A stretch of DNA of 64,000 bases, taken from the NCBI GenBank assembly GCA_002633005.1, contig NMRA01000283.1:186001-250000 (forward strand), given 5' to 3'. Position numbers and translations under genes: made by a program. Numbering within the stretch: the stretch's first letter is position 1; each line of letters opens with the position of its first letter. Under the pieces are notes generated by a model. That model searched no databases. It saw only the letters and a list, made by a program, of their open reading frames with translations, and was not told where the DNA came from. Shown here piece by piece: positions 26,214 to 39,252 of the stretch. Origin of the DNA: Phoronis australis. Taxonomy: Eukaryota; Animalia; Phoronida.

Positions 26214-26468
26214 AGAGAGAGTGAATCTCCATTTTTACTGTTGTGTCCTTATTGTTTATGTCATGTAGGTTTGGTTGTAACCAAGTCTGATTGTTACCGG
26301 CACTTACTGAGTAGAATTTGATAGTGTTGCTAAATCATTTCCTGAAAATTTGGAATACTTTAGAATTTGTATCTATTTTGCACAGTGGCTAGTGTATTTT
26401 ATTTGATTGATTATCGTTTTCGCCTCTGTGTTAATGGTGATGTTATCCGCCATGATATTTTAGGGCGT

Positions 26469-26876
26469 TGATCAAATTGTGTAATTGGTATCATGATTCA
26501 TTCGTTTTTTCATTTTAAAGCTGCCATTGCGTTCAGTTATTTGCTAATTAAAGTACATTGTATACATGTATCACAGATAGTGTATCTTGTAATGTAACGT
26601 TGTTATTGTTATTGTTCATTACGCCATATGTCAGATGTCAATTGTCATATAGTGTTTGATTTTACTTCATTTCTGATCAAATTGTGTAACTGGTATCATG
26701 ATTCATTCGTTTTTTTCATTTTAAAGCTGCCATTGCGTTCAGTTATTTGCTAATTAAAGTACATTTTATACATGTATCACAGATAGTGTATCTTGTAATG
26801 TAACGTTGTTATTGTTATTGTTCATTACGCCATATGTCAGATGTCAATTGTCATATAGTGTTTTACTTCATTTCTG
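26469..26876. repeat. ~205-bp tandem duplication
   Basis: Units start tgatcaaattgtgtaa at 26469 and 26674 and are nearly identical. Confidence 0.9.
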
Positions 26877-26890
26877 TTTATGTTTCTGTT

Positions 26891-26930
26891 TCTGTTGACG
26901 AAGGATGTTATTATATCCGAAATTGCAGTG
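26891..26930 (+). ncRNA. Degenerate minimal hammerhead-like motif (Penelope-type pLTR)
   Basis: ctg-TTGACGA-a-[GGATGT tatt ATATCC]-GAAA-ttg-cag: a 6-bp stem II between CUGANGA-like and GAAA boxes, with a 3-bp ctg/cag stem I. Confidence 0.4.
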
Positions 26931-27704
26931 ATCCATTTTTGTTGTTGTATTTACGTATATTTATTGTGATGCTTTATGAATTGTTTTTATAGTTACTGGT
27001 GGTGGTTGGTACTGTACATTTCTTTGTTAATTAAAGTTGAGCGAAATGTGTTAAAACGAAGTCGGTTATCAGTTACGCTAAACGTTGTGACGGGATTGAA
27101 AGACACGGTTGTGGTATTAGTTTGTAATACTTTTGCATGATTTTAATTTCCGCATGGCTGCTATAAACATTTACGCTACAACTAATGAGTTGGTTTGCCA
27201 TCACAAGCCTTGTTCCAGCCATTTCAACCAATTATTCTGATATTGCACGTATGTTGCTATGTTCACTGTTCACCTAAGTTCATTCCCCCCTCTCAAACAG
27301 GCTTAGCTCAGTGGAATAGACGGCCTTGTTATGCAATCACTCCCGAATGAATTTCATGAAACGACCGATATGCTGCAATGGCTGAAATTCCGCAATATCT
27401 TTCACCTACGAATTTCGTATGGAATACCCTGTACGTAGTGACGACTTCGTTATAGCGTGTTTTAACACCCTCATAACCATCTTCACAGTCACTGCACGAG
27501 AACATCGGGCAAAAGTAGGAGCACGACGTTTACTGTCACAAATTTTTAAGTCATATAGCTTACTTGAACAATAGGTGACGTGATTAATATCTGAAACTTA
27601 ATAAAAAAAACGGCTTCTGTAAAATTAACTTTTTTTTCATTCATTTAGGGGATACATTTTGATCGGTGTTAACATCAAGTTTGGCAAAAAATCTTTCTAC
27701 CTTT

Positions 27705-30700
27705 TTAAAATGATATATATTTATTGAAGAATACACAGAACATACAAAGAAATAATGTCAAACCCAAAAATCGTGAAGCATTCTATCTGGGTTGTAGAAA
27801 ATTCATAAATGAAAGTAATATACATAGAGGTATATACATTTTAGTAGTATCTAATATAAGTATTTCAATATTTAGATATGCTATTACGAATATATAAAAA
27901 CAAAAACATGTACAGATTCACGTATGGAAATCAGAAGCAACAATATTTATAAACTGTACATGAAAATTTGCTAACGTTGCTTAGCAGGAATTCATTGATA
28001 ACAAGGTCAAGGTTAGGACTACCATTAATTAATAATGTAACTTTTATAGGGATATTATTACAAGAATTGAGAGCTTTAACAATTGATTGGTTTTCATTGA
28101 GTGCACAAAAGAGTGAGTCTCTCAGGTATTCGATGAGGGGACATTTGAAGAAGACATGAGGATAAGATTAATGGTCACCACATTTACAGTTTGGAGAGAC
28201 TTTACTAAAGTTATGCCTAAACTTGTCAGAGTTGAGGAAAAGATCGCATCTTGATATGTACAATGCTATTTCGTTATCCCGGTGAAGGGAGAATGGAGAC
28301 AAGGGTGTTATGTTATCAAAATTATGAAAAACAGTTCTAAAATTATTTTTATACCCGTAAAAGAGTTGCTTTCCTTAACAGAGACTGGAAGAGAATTCCA
28401 GTTGTTGATGCACATCATAACTGTAGACCTTCTGAATGCCTGACTGAATGACGGAGGAATTGCATATGGGGTGGAGGATCTCAAATCACTACGATGGCCT
28501 TGTCTAGTGTATAGATCAAATACTTTTGACAGAGGCGTTGTTGGCATTGTTTGTTACTTTGAAAGTAAATGTGGTCACGTGAAGATTGCGTTGAGTAGAC
28601 AGTTTTGGCCACTTGAGACTATTTAAAACCTTAACACTATTGGATCCCCTGTAAGCTCCGGTTATGAGTAAGGCAGCTTGATACTGTAATTTCTCCAAAT
28701 GCTGGAGTGCACCAGTGTTGGCAGACTGATATATAATATCACAATAATTGATGTGTGGAAGTATAAAGGATTTGAACAGAACTTTTAAAAATAATGTGTA
28801 GGATTCAGATGACGCAAAGACAAGCTTAAGTGGGTTAATTATTTCCTGAAGTTTTTGTACGAGCTCCCGAACGTGAGGTGTGAATGAGAGTTTTTCATCT
28901 ACCAGTATACCAAGATGTCTGTGCGACTGTTTTCTAGGAATGATTTCATCATTAAGTTTAAGGTCATAAGACGGTTCAACAAGGAAGAGAGCATTAATAG
29001 ATTTGGAGAAGATGAGGTCAACGCTTTTTTTCTGGTTTAAAATTCATTCTCCATTCATGTGACCAATAGCTGAGTTTATTCAAGTCGTGTTAAAGCTGCA
29101 AAGAACTTTCAGGGCTGCTCCCTGCGAAGGGGTAAAAAAGTGCCAAGTCATCTGCATAAAGGTATGTGCTACATGACAGGTTATCAGGAAGGTCATTCAT
29201 GTAAACCAAGAAGAGGAGATGGCCCAATATCCTACCGTGCGGTACACCAGCGTTTACAAATCTAGGAGGGGATAAAGTTGAAAGTACGCCGTCGACACGA
29301 ACACTGTATGTACGATCGGAGACATATGTGGTGATCATGTTTAAAAGATTCTCAGTAATGCCAAAGGATCGAAGTTTGTGAATTAGAAGGTTGTTAAGGA
29401 CACAGTCGAAAGCCAAAGCTATATCTAGAAAAGTGGACCTGACACTCTCGCCCTTCTAAAAATGTAAATGAATCTCATGTACTATTTCAACAAGTTGTGC
29501 CACGGTGCTGTTTCCACGCAAAAAAAAATCAAATTGACGATGATAGATCAAGTTTTTTTGTTTGAGAAATATAAGAATACTTTGAGCAATGATCTTCTCG
29601 AAGATTTTGGATAAGGTGTTAAGTAAAGTTATTGGGCGATAATTTGAAATTTCAGTTTTGGAGTGTTTTGTGTATAGGGACCATAATTCCATGTTTCCAA
29701 GAAGACGGATATATGCATAACGGAAGAAGTTTATTAAACAGATTGGTTAATGACATGGTAATTTCGTTGGCAATCATTTTGGTCATCTTGTTGGTTATTA
29801 AAGCTGTGCCATCATTCTTATTGGGGTCAATTTCATTGAGATACTTCCGGACATCAATTTGATTAGCCGGGATATCAGACAGTTGATTGTGACAACGTTC
29901 ACGAAGAATGGGAAAGTTACCTACTTCAGTTGGTGTAACGTGGCTTTTGTTCGTGAAAATTTTGAGAAACAGGTCACACTTGTCACTGCTACTTGAGGCT
30001 AGGTTACCATTGTGGTTGATGACTGGTTAAGATGATTGTTGTTGACTGCCGGGTATTTTATTGATGATGTTCCAGTATTCTTTGGAGTTCTTGCTTGCAC
30101 TGTTAATTTGTTGAAAAAGCTTGTGGCGGTGATCAGCTTTGGCTTGATTTACTAAAGTTTCTACCAGGCGTGACTGCTCCTTACATGTATATCTGTTGTA
30201 GATTACAGTGTTGTTAGATCTTCTGAAAGAGCTGTAAAGTCTGTTTCTTGTGCGGATTGCCCGTTTAATATTATTGCTGAACCACGGTTGGCTGCTGTGT
30301 TTAATTATCTTTTCAGTTGATGGGATGTTGTTTTTTAAAATTTCATAGAGAGTACTAGTGAAGAGTGAAACAGTGTCATCAATGTCGCCAGTGTCCAATA
30401 TGGAATCCCCAGTCAGTGTAGGTGATATCCTGACGTAATTTATCGGGGTCGATTGTGTAGTGACCAGAATTGCCAACATGAGGTAGTGACAGGACATGAG
30501 TCAATGATACTCAAATTGTTTGTTATGCAGAGATCAATACATGAATGAGAAACGTCGGTGATGCGAGTGGCTAATTAATTAGCTATATGCAGTCATTAGA
30601 CAATAAGACATCTAACAGCTGTAGTCCGGCCGCATTGTCACGATCATCATTGTACGATGTAGAGTTTTGGGCATTAAAATCAACATTTATGATTATACTA

Positions 30701-30810
30701 ACGCTATTGCGGTTAAGTTCCGCTAAGTGATCGGCTAGGGCTTGAAGTAGAGTTTTCTTTCAGTTGATGACTGAGAAGGTGACCGATAAAACAACCCATA
30801 GTAAATTCCG
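27705..30810 (-). mobile_element. Decayed CR1-like LINE (APE C-terminus, RT, C-terminal Cys/His region, 3' UTR)
   Basis: Motifs GCF.RSPS, DFNA, TRI..SHSCIDLCITN, QPWFSN.IK.AIR.RNRL, NYRPITLLNTLSKIFEK, LDIA.AFD, GVP.G.ILG.LLFLVYMND, YLYADDL and LEKLQYQAALLITGA. The 3' part is homologous to 33372-34278. Confidence 0.92.
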
Positions 30811-33371
30811 ATCCATAGATTCGCTTATAGATATATAAATAGCAACTTAGTTGAAAAGCACAACATATAAATTTAATGTTGGGAAACGAGTTATTTGGTT
30901 GTAAGTGAATACAAAACACGTATTTATTTGAAGAGGTAAAAAGGAAAGTCACGTGATATTGATTGACCTCAAGATATGTACAGAGGAAATATGACCAATT
31001 AATAACGGACAAAAGAAGGTAAAAAAAGGTTTCAACACTTAAATACGCTGAAGAAAACATAAAATGAAGTATTGAATATCTCTCAGTATGAATAATTTAG
31101 ATGTGACAAGTTTTAGAATTGATATAAGTGCTTACCACTATACATGTAGGCCACCCAGTAATGACTGATCAGCTCATGTGTACGATGTTGTCTTCTGAAT
31201 TGAAGTTAACTTTCTGACGGATTGGAACACCAGTTTTTACAGGGATTACTTCAAATCATTGAAACTTATTACAAACAAGTATGGTGACAGTCAGTGCGCA
31301 ACGTGATTTTTCACGGGCAAAGATAAAACAGTAATAACTCAATTAAAGTTGTGGGAAACCAATCTGAAACCCACAAGAAAAATCAAATGTAGTTGTAGAT
31401 TCGGCACCTGACTGACAGAGGACAGAGCGAGTGTCATTAAAATCAACATCATATTAAGTGAGAGTTGTCAATAACGCGAACGAACAGAAATGCCACACAA
31501 AATCAAAGTGACGTGTGAATTTATCCTGACCGACAATTTGGTATGCAGTTGTCCACAAAATCACCGTTCTGCGAAACACAACAGACAACAGTCAGAAAAA
31601 GTAATAATTATATTAGAGACAGCCACTAAGACCGGAGCTCACATATAAGAATCATTGTCCTATGTGAACATCCACCCTTCATTAGTCAGATTGCGCAGAC
31701 ATTAATCGAAATTTCAAGTCCCCCATTTTAAATGTTAAAGTTTTAACCACGGCTTTTGACGGTTTATCTCGCTGAGAATGTAGGCTACATTCAAGTACGT
31801 GAGTGTACGGAGTGGGCAACTCTCCACAGGAAAAAAGCACATCTCGAGGGTTCCTTGCTGTACAGATTTCCGTGGATCGTAACCAGTGCACTTCGTGGCC
31901 ACCCACTAAACATAACCGCTGCACCTAATGATCGCTGAACGGAAGACATGCGTTAACCGTAATTTTCACAGTGAAACAACTGAAACTAATAAATAGTAGG
32001 TAAACGAACACGAAATATTTAGATCGATTGGATTTTAATCTTGCGATGAATACAAAGCTATTTTGGCGTGAATTCAACATTTGGGAGCTTTTCTTGCGAA
32101 AATACACAGTGCCACCTGGTGTTTGATTTCATAGTCTCGTCTTGTTTTGTACGATTCCCCGCGATTACTTTGGCACAGCACAGTCCTCGGACGTACTATC
32201 TCTAAAGAATGCGACCTAGTTTTTGCTTCGTGAGACTCCTTAAACCTGCCAAAAATCAAATCATACAGTTTTCATACGAGACACCTATCAAAATCACAGC
32301 TTTGGGCATCATTTAAATTCAGGTTTTGAAAATCGACAAGTAATGCAACTGCTTATATGCGCCTCCTTTGGGCATAATTTATCCCACGAAAAGCAGCGTC
32401 AACTGCTTTTACGATAATTTGGATTGTGGAAGAAAACACGTAGGGTCCAAGGAAATGAAAAGGGCTTTGAAATTATAAAAGCTGTTGGTATTGAGACTTT
32501 TATTTTGTTGTTTGGATGTTGCCAAGGATTTTGACGAGGCCTGTAAGTTGTGCTCCCAAACAGTGGAAGTGGTCAATAAAAACAAAACACAAGTAATATA
32601 AATACTTAGTGATTTACATTTTGACTTTGGTCTGTGTTGAATTAGGATGCATCAATGCTGACATTTTTTTTGTATTTGTTCAGATATACATTTTAAAGAG
32701 TTTTATTAAACCTAAGTAAGAGTGGCGACACAGTTGTCGATGTTTTTGTGTTTATGAAGAGATTTGAAACTAATTTTCATTTGCTCGATTCATACATGCA
32801 AGCACACCGAACGCTGTGAACAAGGCACGAAAACGTCACCAATGTAAAAAATAAATATGTTTTCGAAAAGCCAAACCGTAAAATCATTATAACTGCTAAA
32901 TGCAGTAATTGAAGGTTGACTATTTCACCTTCGTAGCCCTGCACATCATGCGTCAACATGCAAGAGACGCTCACTGGTCTCGTAGGTTTTTATGCAAAAT
33001 GAAAGCACATAGACGTAAAAACATCCTAGCGCCGTAGTTTGGGATAGGTTACTGCGGACGGCAACTAAACAAGCGTGCAGCAGTTTACAGTATTTACGTT
33101 AACAGCTTCGCATTTGATTTACCGCAGGGATGAGCCGTCTGGCTGTCAGTGAGTGGAATGTGCCTGAGCATTCTGCCGGTAATTTCAACTGATGCATTTT
33201 TCTCATCTAATTTTCACAGTTAATTATGAAGTGTCTTAGGTTGACCACAACGGTGTATTTTTGGTCAAAATCCACTGACATTTGCCACAATTACTTCCAT
33301 TGTCAAAACCGCTCTGTCTGTGACCAGGAATACAGATGGTGTCATCACCCCAGGTCGAGTTACTGGATACT

Positions 33372-34278
33372 GTCTACTCGACGCAATCTTCACATGACCA
33401 CATTTACGTTCAAGGTAATAAACAATGTCAACAACGTGTCTGTCAAAAAAATATTTGATCTATATATTAGACAAGGCCATCGTAGTGATTTGAGATTCTC
33501 CACCCCATATGCAATTCCTCCGTCGTTCAGTCAGGCATTCAGAAGGTCTACAGTCATGATGTGCATCAACAACTGGAATTCTCTTCCAGTCTCTGTTAAG
33601 GAAAGCAACTCTTTTACGAGTATAAAAAATAATTTTAGAACTGTTTTTCATAATTTTGATAACTCAACACCCTTGACTCAATTCTCCCTTACCCGCGATA
33701 ACGAAATAGCATTGTACAGATCAAGATGTGGCCTTTTCCTCAACTCTGACAAGTTCAGGCACAACTTTAGTAATGTATCTCCAAACTGTAAATGTGGTGA
33801 CCATCAATCTTATCCTCATATTTTCTTCAAATGTCCCCTCATCGAATCCCTGAGAGACTCACTCTTTCGTGCACTCAATGATAACCAATCAGTTGTTAAC
33901 GCTCTCAATTCTTGTAATAATATCCCTACTAGAGTTACATTATTACTGAATGGTAGTCCTAACCTTGACTTTGTTCTTAACGAATTCCTCCTAAGCAACG
34001 TTAGCAAATTTTTATATACCGTTTATCAATATTGTTGCATCTGATTTCCCTACATGAATCTGTAAATATTTTTGTTTTTATATATCTGTAATAGCATGTC
34101 TAAGTATTGGAATACTTATTTTAGATACTACTTAATTGTATATATCTCTATGTATATAAGTTTCATTTATGAATTGTTTACAACCCAGATATAATGCTTC
34201 GCGGTTTCTGGGTTTGTTATTATTTCTTTGTATGTTCTGTGTATCCTTCAATAAATATATATCACAGTGAAAAAAAAA
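33372..34278 (+). mobile_element. 5'-truncated CR1-like LINE copy with poly(A) tail and 14-bp TSD
   Basis: Open ORF2 C-terminus (..SPNCKCGDHQSYPHIFFKCP..) runs to the stop at 34044, then a 3' hairpin, AATAAA and an A-run. TSD AGTTACTGGATACT at 33358-33371 and 34279-34292. Confidence 0.92.
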
Positions 34279-34671
34279 AGTTACTGGATACTAGTATTCT
34301 AAATAAACTACCCCTGTGGAATGAGTTCAGACCCTGAGCGAAATGGTTAATCCTACTCAATTTGAATGTCGCCATTTATGCATCGTTGATAGCACTAAGT
34401 GGTGATATCACTGATCCAGAATAGACATGAATATATTAAAGAGACAGCAATGGTTTTCTGCGGAAATGCATTTTGAGATGTTTGTTGGGTGGGATAGACT
34501 TATCGAAGTTATTAGTCTTGACCAGAGCTATCAAACAACAAGATACGTTGTTTTTGTGACTTTATTACAAATCGTCTCGCCGTTGTCTACCAGTCATTCG
34601 CAAAAGAGCCTTAGGCCAATTTCAGAAAATTGCTTTTCTCCCGATGATGTTCTTTTAATAACACTAAGTGA

Positions 34672-34836
34672 TAAATATAGATTATTACATGGCGAATTCG
34701 TTATCCCCCGTTATCTAGAGCCCAAGTGGATTTTGGAGAATTATGGCACGAGGGGCGTTAGGGTGATAATTCTCCAAAATCCACGAGGGCTCTAGATAAG
34801 GGGGATAACGACTGAGAACATGTAATAATCTATTTA
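34672..34836. repeat. ~165-bp imperfect palindrome (foldback element)
   Basis: tagattattacatg..cgttatcccccgttatctagagccc..gtggattttggagaattat pairs with ataattctccaaaatccac..gggctctagataaggggg ataacg..catgtaataatcta. Confidence 0.85.
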
Positions 34837-35086
34837 CACCGCATACTGAACGAGAAACATTCCAATGAATCGATCTACCTTTCTCGACTCGCCTCGGCTT
34901 TGTAACTACTTTCTATGTCAGAGGCCCGGGGTCGGAGGTCGTGACCTTTTAAGAAAAGCCGAGCTTTTTTGTCAAATAATGCTTATACTCAAAACCAATT
35001 GAAAATTTAAACAAAATAGAAATAAAGTGAATGTATAAATTAAGGTTTAGCAACTATTACATTTTATTACGCTAAGCTTCGACCAG

Positions 35087-35376
35087 TGCCCGGTCTCCAA
35101 TCTCCGTACTCAGACTCATACTCATACTCGAGATTTCATACTCAAAATCGTGCTCACTGGAGTCGTACTCAAAAAAGCGTATCTAATGTCGTATTTCGAG
35201 TAGACTNACACTTCAGTTCGAGTACACTCGAAAACTCAGCATGTGCTCGAAATTTCGAGTACAGATTTTTCGAGTATGACATTGAATACACCAAAGCTGA
35301 GTCTGTACTCGAGTTGAGTATGAAGTGTGAGTTTGAGCATGATTCGAGTCTGAGTACGGAGATTGGAGACCGGGGC
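35087..35376. mobile_element. PIF/Harbinger-type MITE (3-bp CAG TSD), N at 35207
   Basis: ~29-bp TIR cccggtctccaatctccgtactcagactc / gagtctgagtacggagattggagaccggg, flanked by CAG on both sides, with internal (t)actc/gagt repeats. Confidence 0.75.
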
Positions 35377-35655
35377 CAGGAATATATCGTCTGGTAAAGT
35401 AGGTTACCACTAGTAACTGTAATGCTCAAGTCAAAGGATCCCGACGACACGATACCCGCATTCAAATTGGAGATCGATGATTTACAAGTTGGAGAACACA
35501 AGAGAAAAATTTCACTGAATTGAAATGTTTTTATGGAAATTATGCGTCTTATTTTTCATAGCGTATAAATGTCGGTGCAATGCCCTTTTCTGAACATGCG
35601 ATTGTTGGCGCGTGCTCATTTAAGTATTCTATTTTCACGTCCGAGGACGTCAGCC

Positions 35656-35725
35656 GCTGAGTGGTGTAGTGGTAAAGTCGGCGACTCGAAGCGCTTGAGG
35701 CCCGGTTTCGAATTCGGCCTCGGTT
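35656..35725 (+). other. tRNA-like sequence (pseudo-tRNA or SINE head)
   Basis: gctgag/ctcggt acceptor-like stem, TGGTGTAGTGGT A-box, T-arm ccgg-tttcgaat-tcgg and a weak anticodon arm. Confidence 0.5.
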
Positions 35726-36559
35726 TCCCGCCAAAATGTTATCTCACTAGTGAAATAACTTTATGTGTTAGTACACGGTTGTATCTGCCATTCGAGGCTA
35801 ATATTGTGGTATATCAACACTTTTCACGTAGATAATCATTTCTACACGTTAAGGAGACATGGGAAACGCAAACGGGTAAAAACATCTTTTAAACGGATCA
35901 TGAAGAATCTAGCTCTTTCAGTAAAGAATTTATAGAAAGATCGTCAGATTCATTGTCTTTGAAATAGACAAAAGACAAACTCTTTCATCCCATTACAGTT
36001 TTCAAATTCCCCGTCCGTAATAATATATGCGTGCGCATGCGCTCAAAGAAGACGGACTGTCTGCTGCTTGAAATCGCCTATGTTTTGTTTAGGTCAAAGG
36101 TAAAAATGTGCTACGTCTGTGTCTTGCAATACAGAGACGGGCTTTGCCTTGTGGTAGAAAAATCTACGAAGTGACGAGCAGTTGATATTTTGTTGTTTTT
36201 TTTTTAGAAATTTGCAGCTAAAAAAATCTTTGGCATCAACAGAAATCCAAGGTCTTTACGAACAAACCGAAAAAAACTGATGAACAGTTTGACTTCTGTT
36301 TCAGTGGCAGAGAATCACTTTGAGTAATTCAATTAAGTGAGTTTTGTCAAATTCTGTGCCACTTTAAGAAAAACGTTTGAGAAAACCATGCAATTAGGGA
36401 ACTTCCAGGAGGTCTGTACCACAGGCTTTTGTATAGTGTAAGGTGTCCCCCCAATATGGTAGTACAGTGTCCATGGAGGGGTCAATTCAAACAACACATC
36501 CTACGAGGAAAATAACCAAACGAAACTCATGGTCTGAAAGCATGTCACAAGATGACACA

Positions 36560-37210
36560 CGTACGTAAGACTAACTGTACGAGCAATGCAATTGTTTGGT
36601 GAAAACAACAAAGCCAACCATTTGAACATGTAAATCTTGAACCGGCGTGGAGGGACAGAAATCTTTTCATACTCATGTTCATTAGATCACTTGATGTGGC
36701 CAACAGGTGGCGTGCAGATGGACAATTATTGTGGGTTTCATGGATCCTTAAATATGGAGAACCAGCCACTTGTTGAATTACAGATGCAAACCTGTAGCCT
36801 ACAAAATCAGAAAAAGGATCGAAACTTGGGATTCGTGTACCTCCAACTAATCTCCATCCCCCTGCATCATCACCATCTTACTATCCCAGGTCAGAATTGT
36901 TGTAAACAAAGTTATCCAGGTAGGTTTTATAATAAGCCATTCCAACAGTCAAACACACCACTGTCGCAACTTCCAGTAATTTTCTTAGTTACATCTTTTT
37001 GAACTTACGCTTCGAATGTTTCTGAAGGGTTTCATTAAATCTCCAAACTCCCCTAGCTATGGGTCTACAGATGGGTGTTTGGATTTTCAACCATCTTAAA
37101 GTTGACAACACTCGATGATTCACCTCCATGCAGTTACTTGTAAATTGTTTCTTCCGTCGTAGCTTGCAATCCATAATTTGTTTAGACATTTTGAATTTAC
37201 CAATCATCTG
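36560..37210 (-). pseudogene. Highly decayed Harbinger-like transposase
   Basis: Collinear fragments KFKMSKQ (fRmsr), VLSTLRWL, VAGSPYLRIHETH (AGFP..G.IDGTH), NEHEY and LHVQMV (NVQ.V). Confidence 0.35.
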
Positions 37211-38069
37211 TTAATGAAACTAAATAATTGGTTTCCACAAAAAATCACGTCGTCTGTATAGGTAGCCAGCACTCAATTGGTTTGATTTGCAAGGTGATGA
37301 AATGTCAGACGACCGAGTAACCACGTGATTTGTTCACCAGGATTATCAAGGATATTTTATGGTTAATGTGGAGTTCATTGCACCAAACATGGCTATCGCC
37401 TGACGTGTGTATCTATGTGCGCAGAACACCTGGTCTTCCTATTGTAACACAGCAGGTACCTCAAAAGATTTTCAAAGAGAATGTTGATCTTATGAACGTT
37501 TAATAAAAGTTGAGTAAGTTGATGCTTATCCATTTATGATGATGAAAGAATTGTTTTACTTGAAAAATACTTCATTACAAAATGCTTTCATCCAGAAGTT
37601 AAACCAGGTGTGTTTGAGTCTGTAAGTTAGTGAGCTAGACCTAAATAAAAAACAGCATTTGGCAACTTTCTGAAGCAGCCCCAAAAAGTAATGAATAGCC
37701 CAGCACAACTGTTGTGGCTGCGTGGTGGTTTTCTGTTTGGACCTTCTCTTCAAAATGTTCAATCACACTAAACCCCAGTGTTTTGCGTCTCTTCGGTATT
37801 TTGCATCTCATATTTTGTCTAGCGGTGATTGAAGAAATACAACAGAAATCTCTTAAATCCAAGTTTTTATTTTTACTTTGTTGTATTTTTGTCACAGACT
37901 TTGTAATTCTATATGTTCTGGAGGTTCAAAAGACTTTGTTAAATTACCATAAGACGAGTGGCATGATACATGTATGAATAACTAGGGTTTTCCTGTGCTC
38001 CTACTTTTGTAGGTGTATCCCAAATAGTGACAAGCGCACGCCCATTTGAAGTTGTTTGTGAACCCTGCT

Positions 38070-38138
38070 CATGGGCGGCGCACCATAGGGGGCTGAGGGG
38101 GCTATAGAACCCAGATTTTCAGTGCTGCGCCGCCAATG
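38070..38138. mobile_element. 69-bp hAT-like mini-element
   Basis: TIRs catgggcggcgca / tgcgccgccaatg. No TSD seen. Confidence 0.5.
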
Positions 38139-38394
38139 ATCATTTCTCACACGCTACAAATTTCCGGAATCATATAAGCAGCATTTTTTGCTCTGAAATA
38201 CACCTGTATGCAACTTAAGAAAGACTTCTTTTAGTGAATTGATAGCAGTGATACAATTTCCGTCAAATCATTTCAACTTGGAAACTTAAAAGTTTTCAAG
38301 TTTTGAATAACTCACTTCGGCTACTACATATAGTAATGTTGAGCATGAATACAGGTAATTGTTTCAGAAGCGCCACTACATGTACGTCAATAAT

Positions 38395-38550
38395 CATGCG
38401 CGCACCCAGTTTTCAAAATGGGGGGCTTGGATTCCTGACGTTATGGACCTTTTGCTAACATAAGAGCGGGCTGACTAAAAAAAAGAAAAAAAAAACATTT
38501 CCTCGGACATTTTGTCTCTCAGGGGCGGACCTTTTTGCCCACTTCGCCAA
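38395..38550 (+). mobile_element. hAT-like MITE fragment, CATG..GCGCACCC family
   Basis: catgcgcgcacccagttttcaaaatggggg...tttttgcccacttcgccaa. Confidence 0.55.
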
Positions 38551-39252
38551 CAGTTCGTTACAGAACGAGAGGCGGATTTTGTTTGAAGATTCGTAACACA
38601 AAGGCGACCGAATTGCCCACAATACCGAGTGTAGTTCTTGTAAGACATAAGATAGAGAAATAAAATAGTTTATGTCTGTTATCTGACGACTTCTGGCATT
38701 GGCCGAAATTTCAACCTCAATTTTGTGAATTTTGTTGCTTGTGTCCGAACTCCAGCTTTCTTAGTTCAAACAATCAAACTAAAATATAAAGGCACACAAA
38801 TGTTCTAAAATTGTCTTTTTTATGTTCTTGAAGATTAGCGTCTCCAGGAAATCAGTTACCTTTTACATTCTGTTTGCGGTTATTTAAAACTTCAATATGT
38901 TTAATTTTTCTAAAAATGACGCCTAACCCATTCGAAGATGCGTTAAGCGAAAATAAGGAACCATGAAATTTTCTGAAATTGACAAATATTGGAAGCTAAT
39001 ATTTTGGTCGAGTGTTTGTTTCTATAGTACTACCAAAATTCCCATCTTCCGGGTGTTGCATGTCAGCCACTCCCGAGTTGATTAACTAGGAAACTCGTTC
39101 AACACTGGCGTTTCCTTTTTTGTTTATTTCCAACTAAAATGAATTTGTACAAATCTGACTGAGTTACCATCATAAATTGCACCATAGTTAAGAAACTAGA
39201 TACTGGTTAGATCGTTTGCATGCAAAGAAGCAGAACAAATACTTGATACATG

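Noticed and set aside
33226-34044. 272-aa ORF as a host gene
   Set aside because: From 33372 it is LINE ORF2. The N-terminal part is flanking DNA that happens to be in frame across the TSD.
35656-35725. Functional tRNA gene
   Set aside because: Several G-U pairs and mismatches and irregular D and anticodon arms, so it is kept only as tRNA-like.
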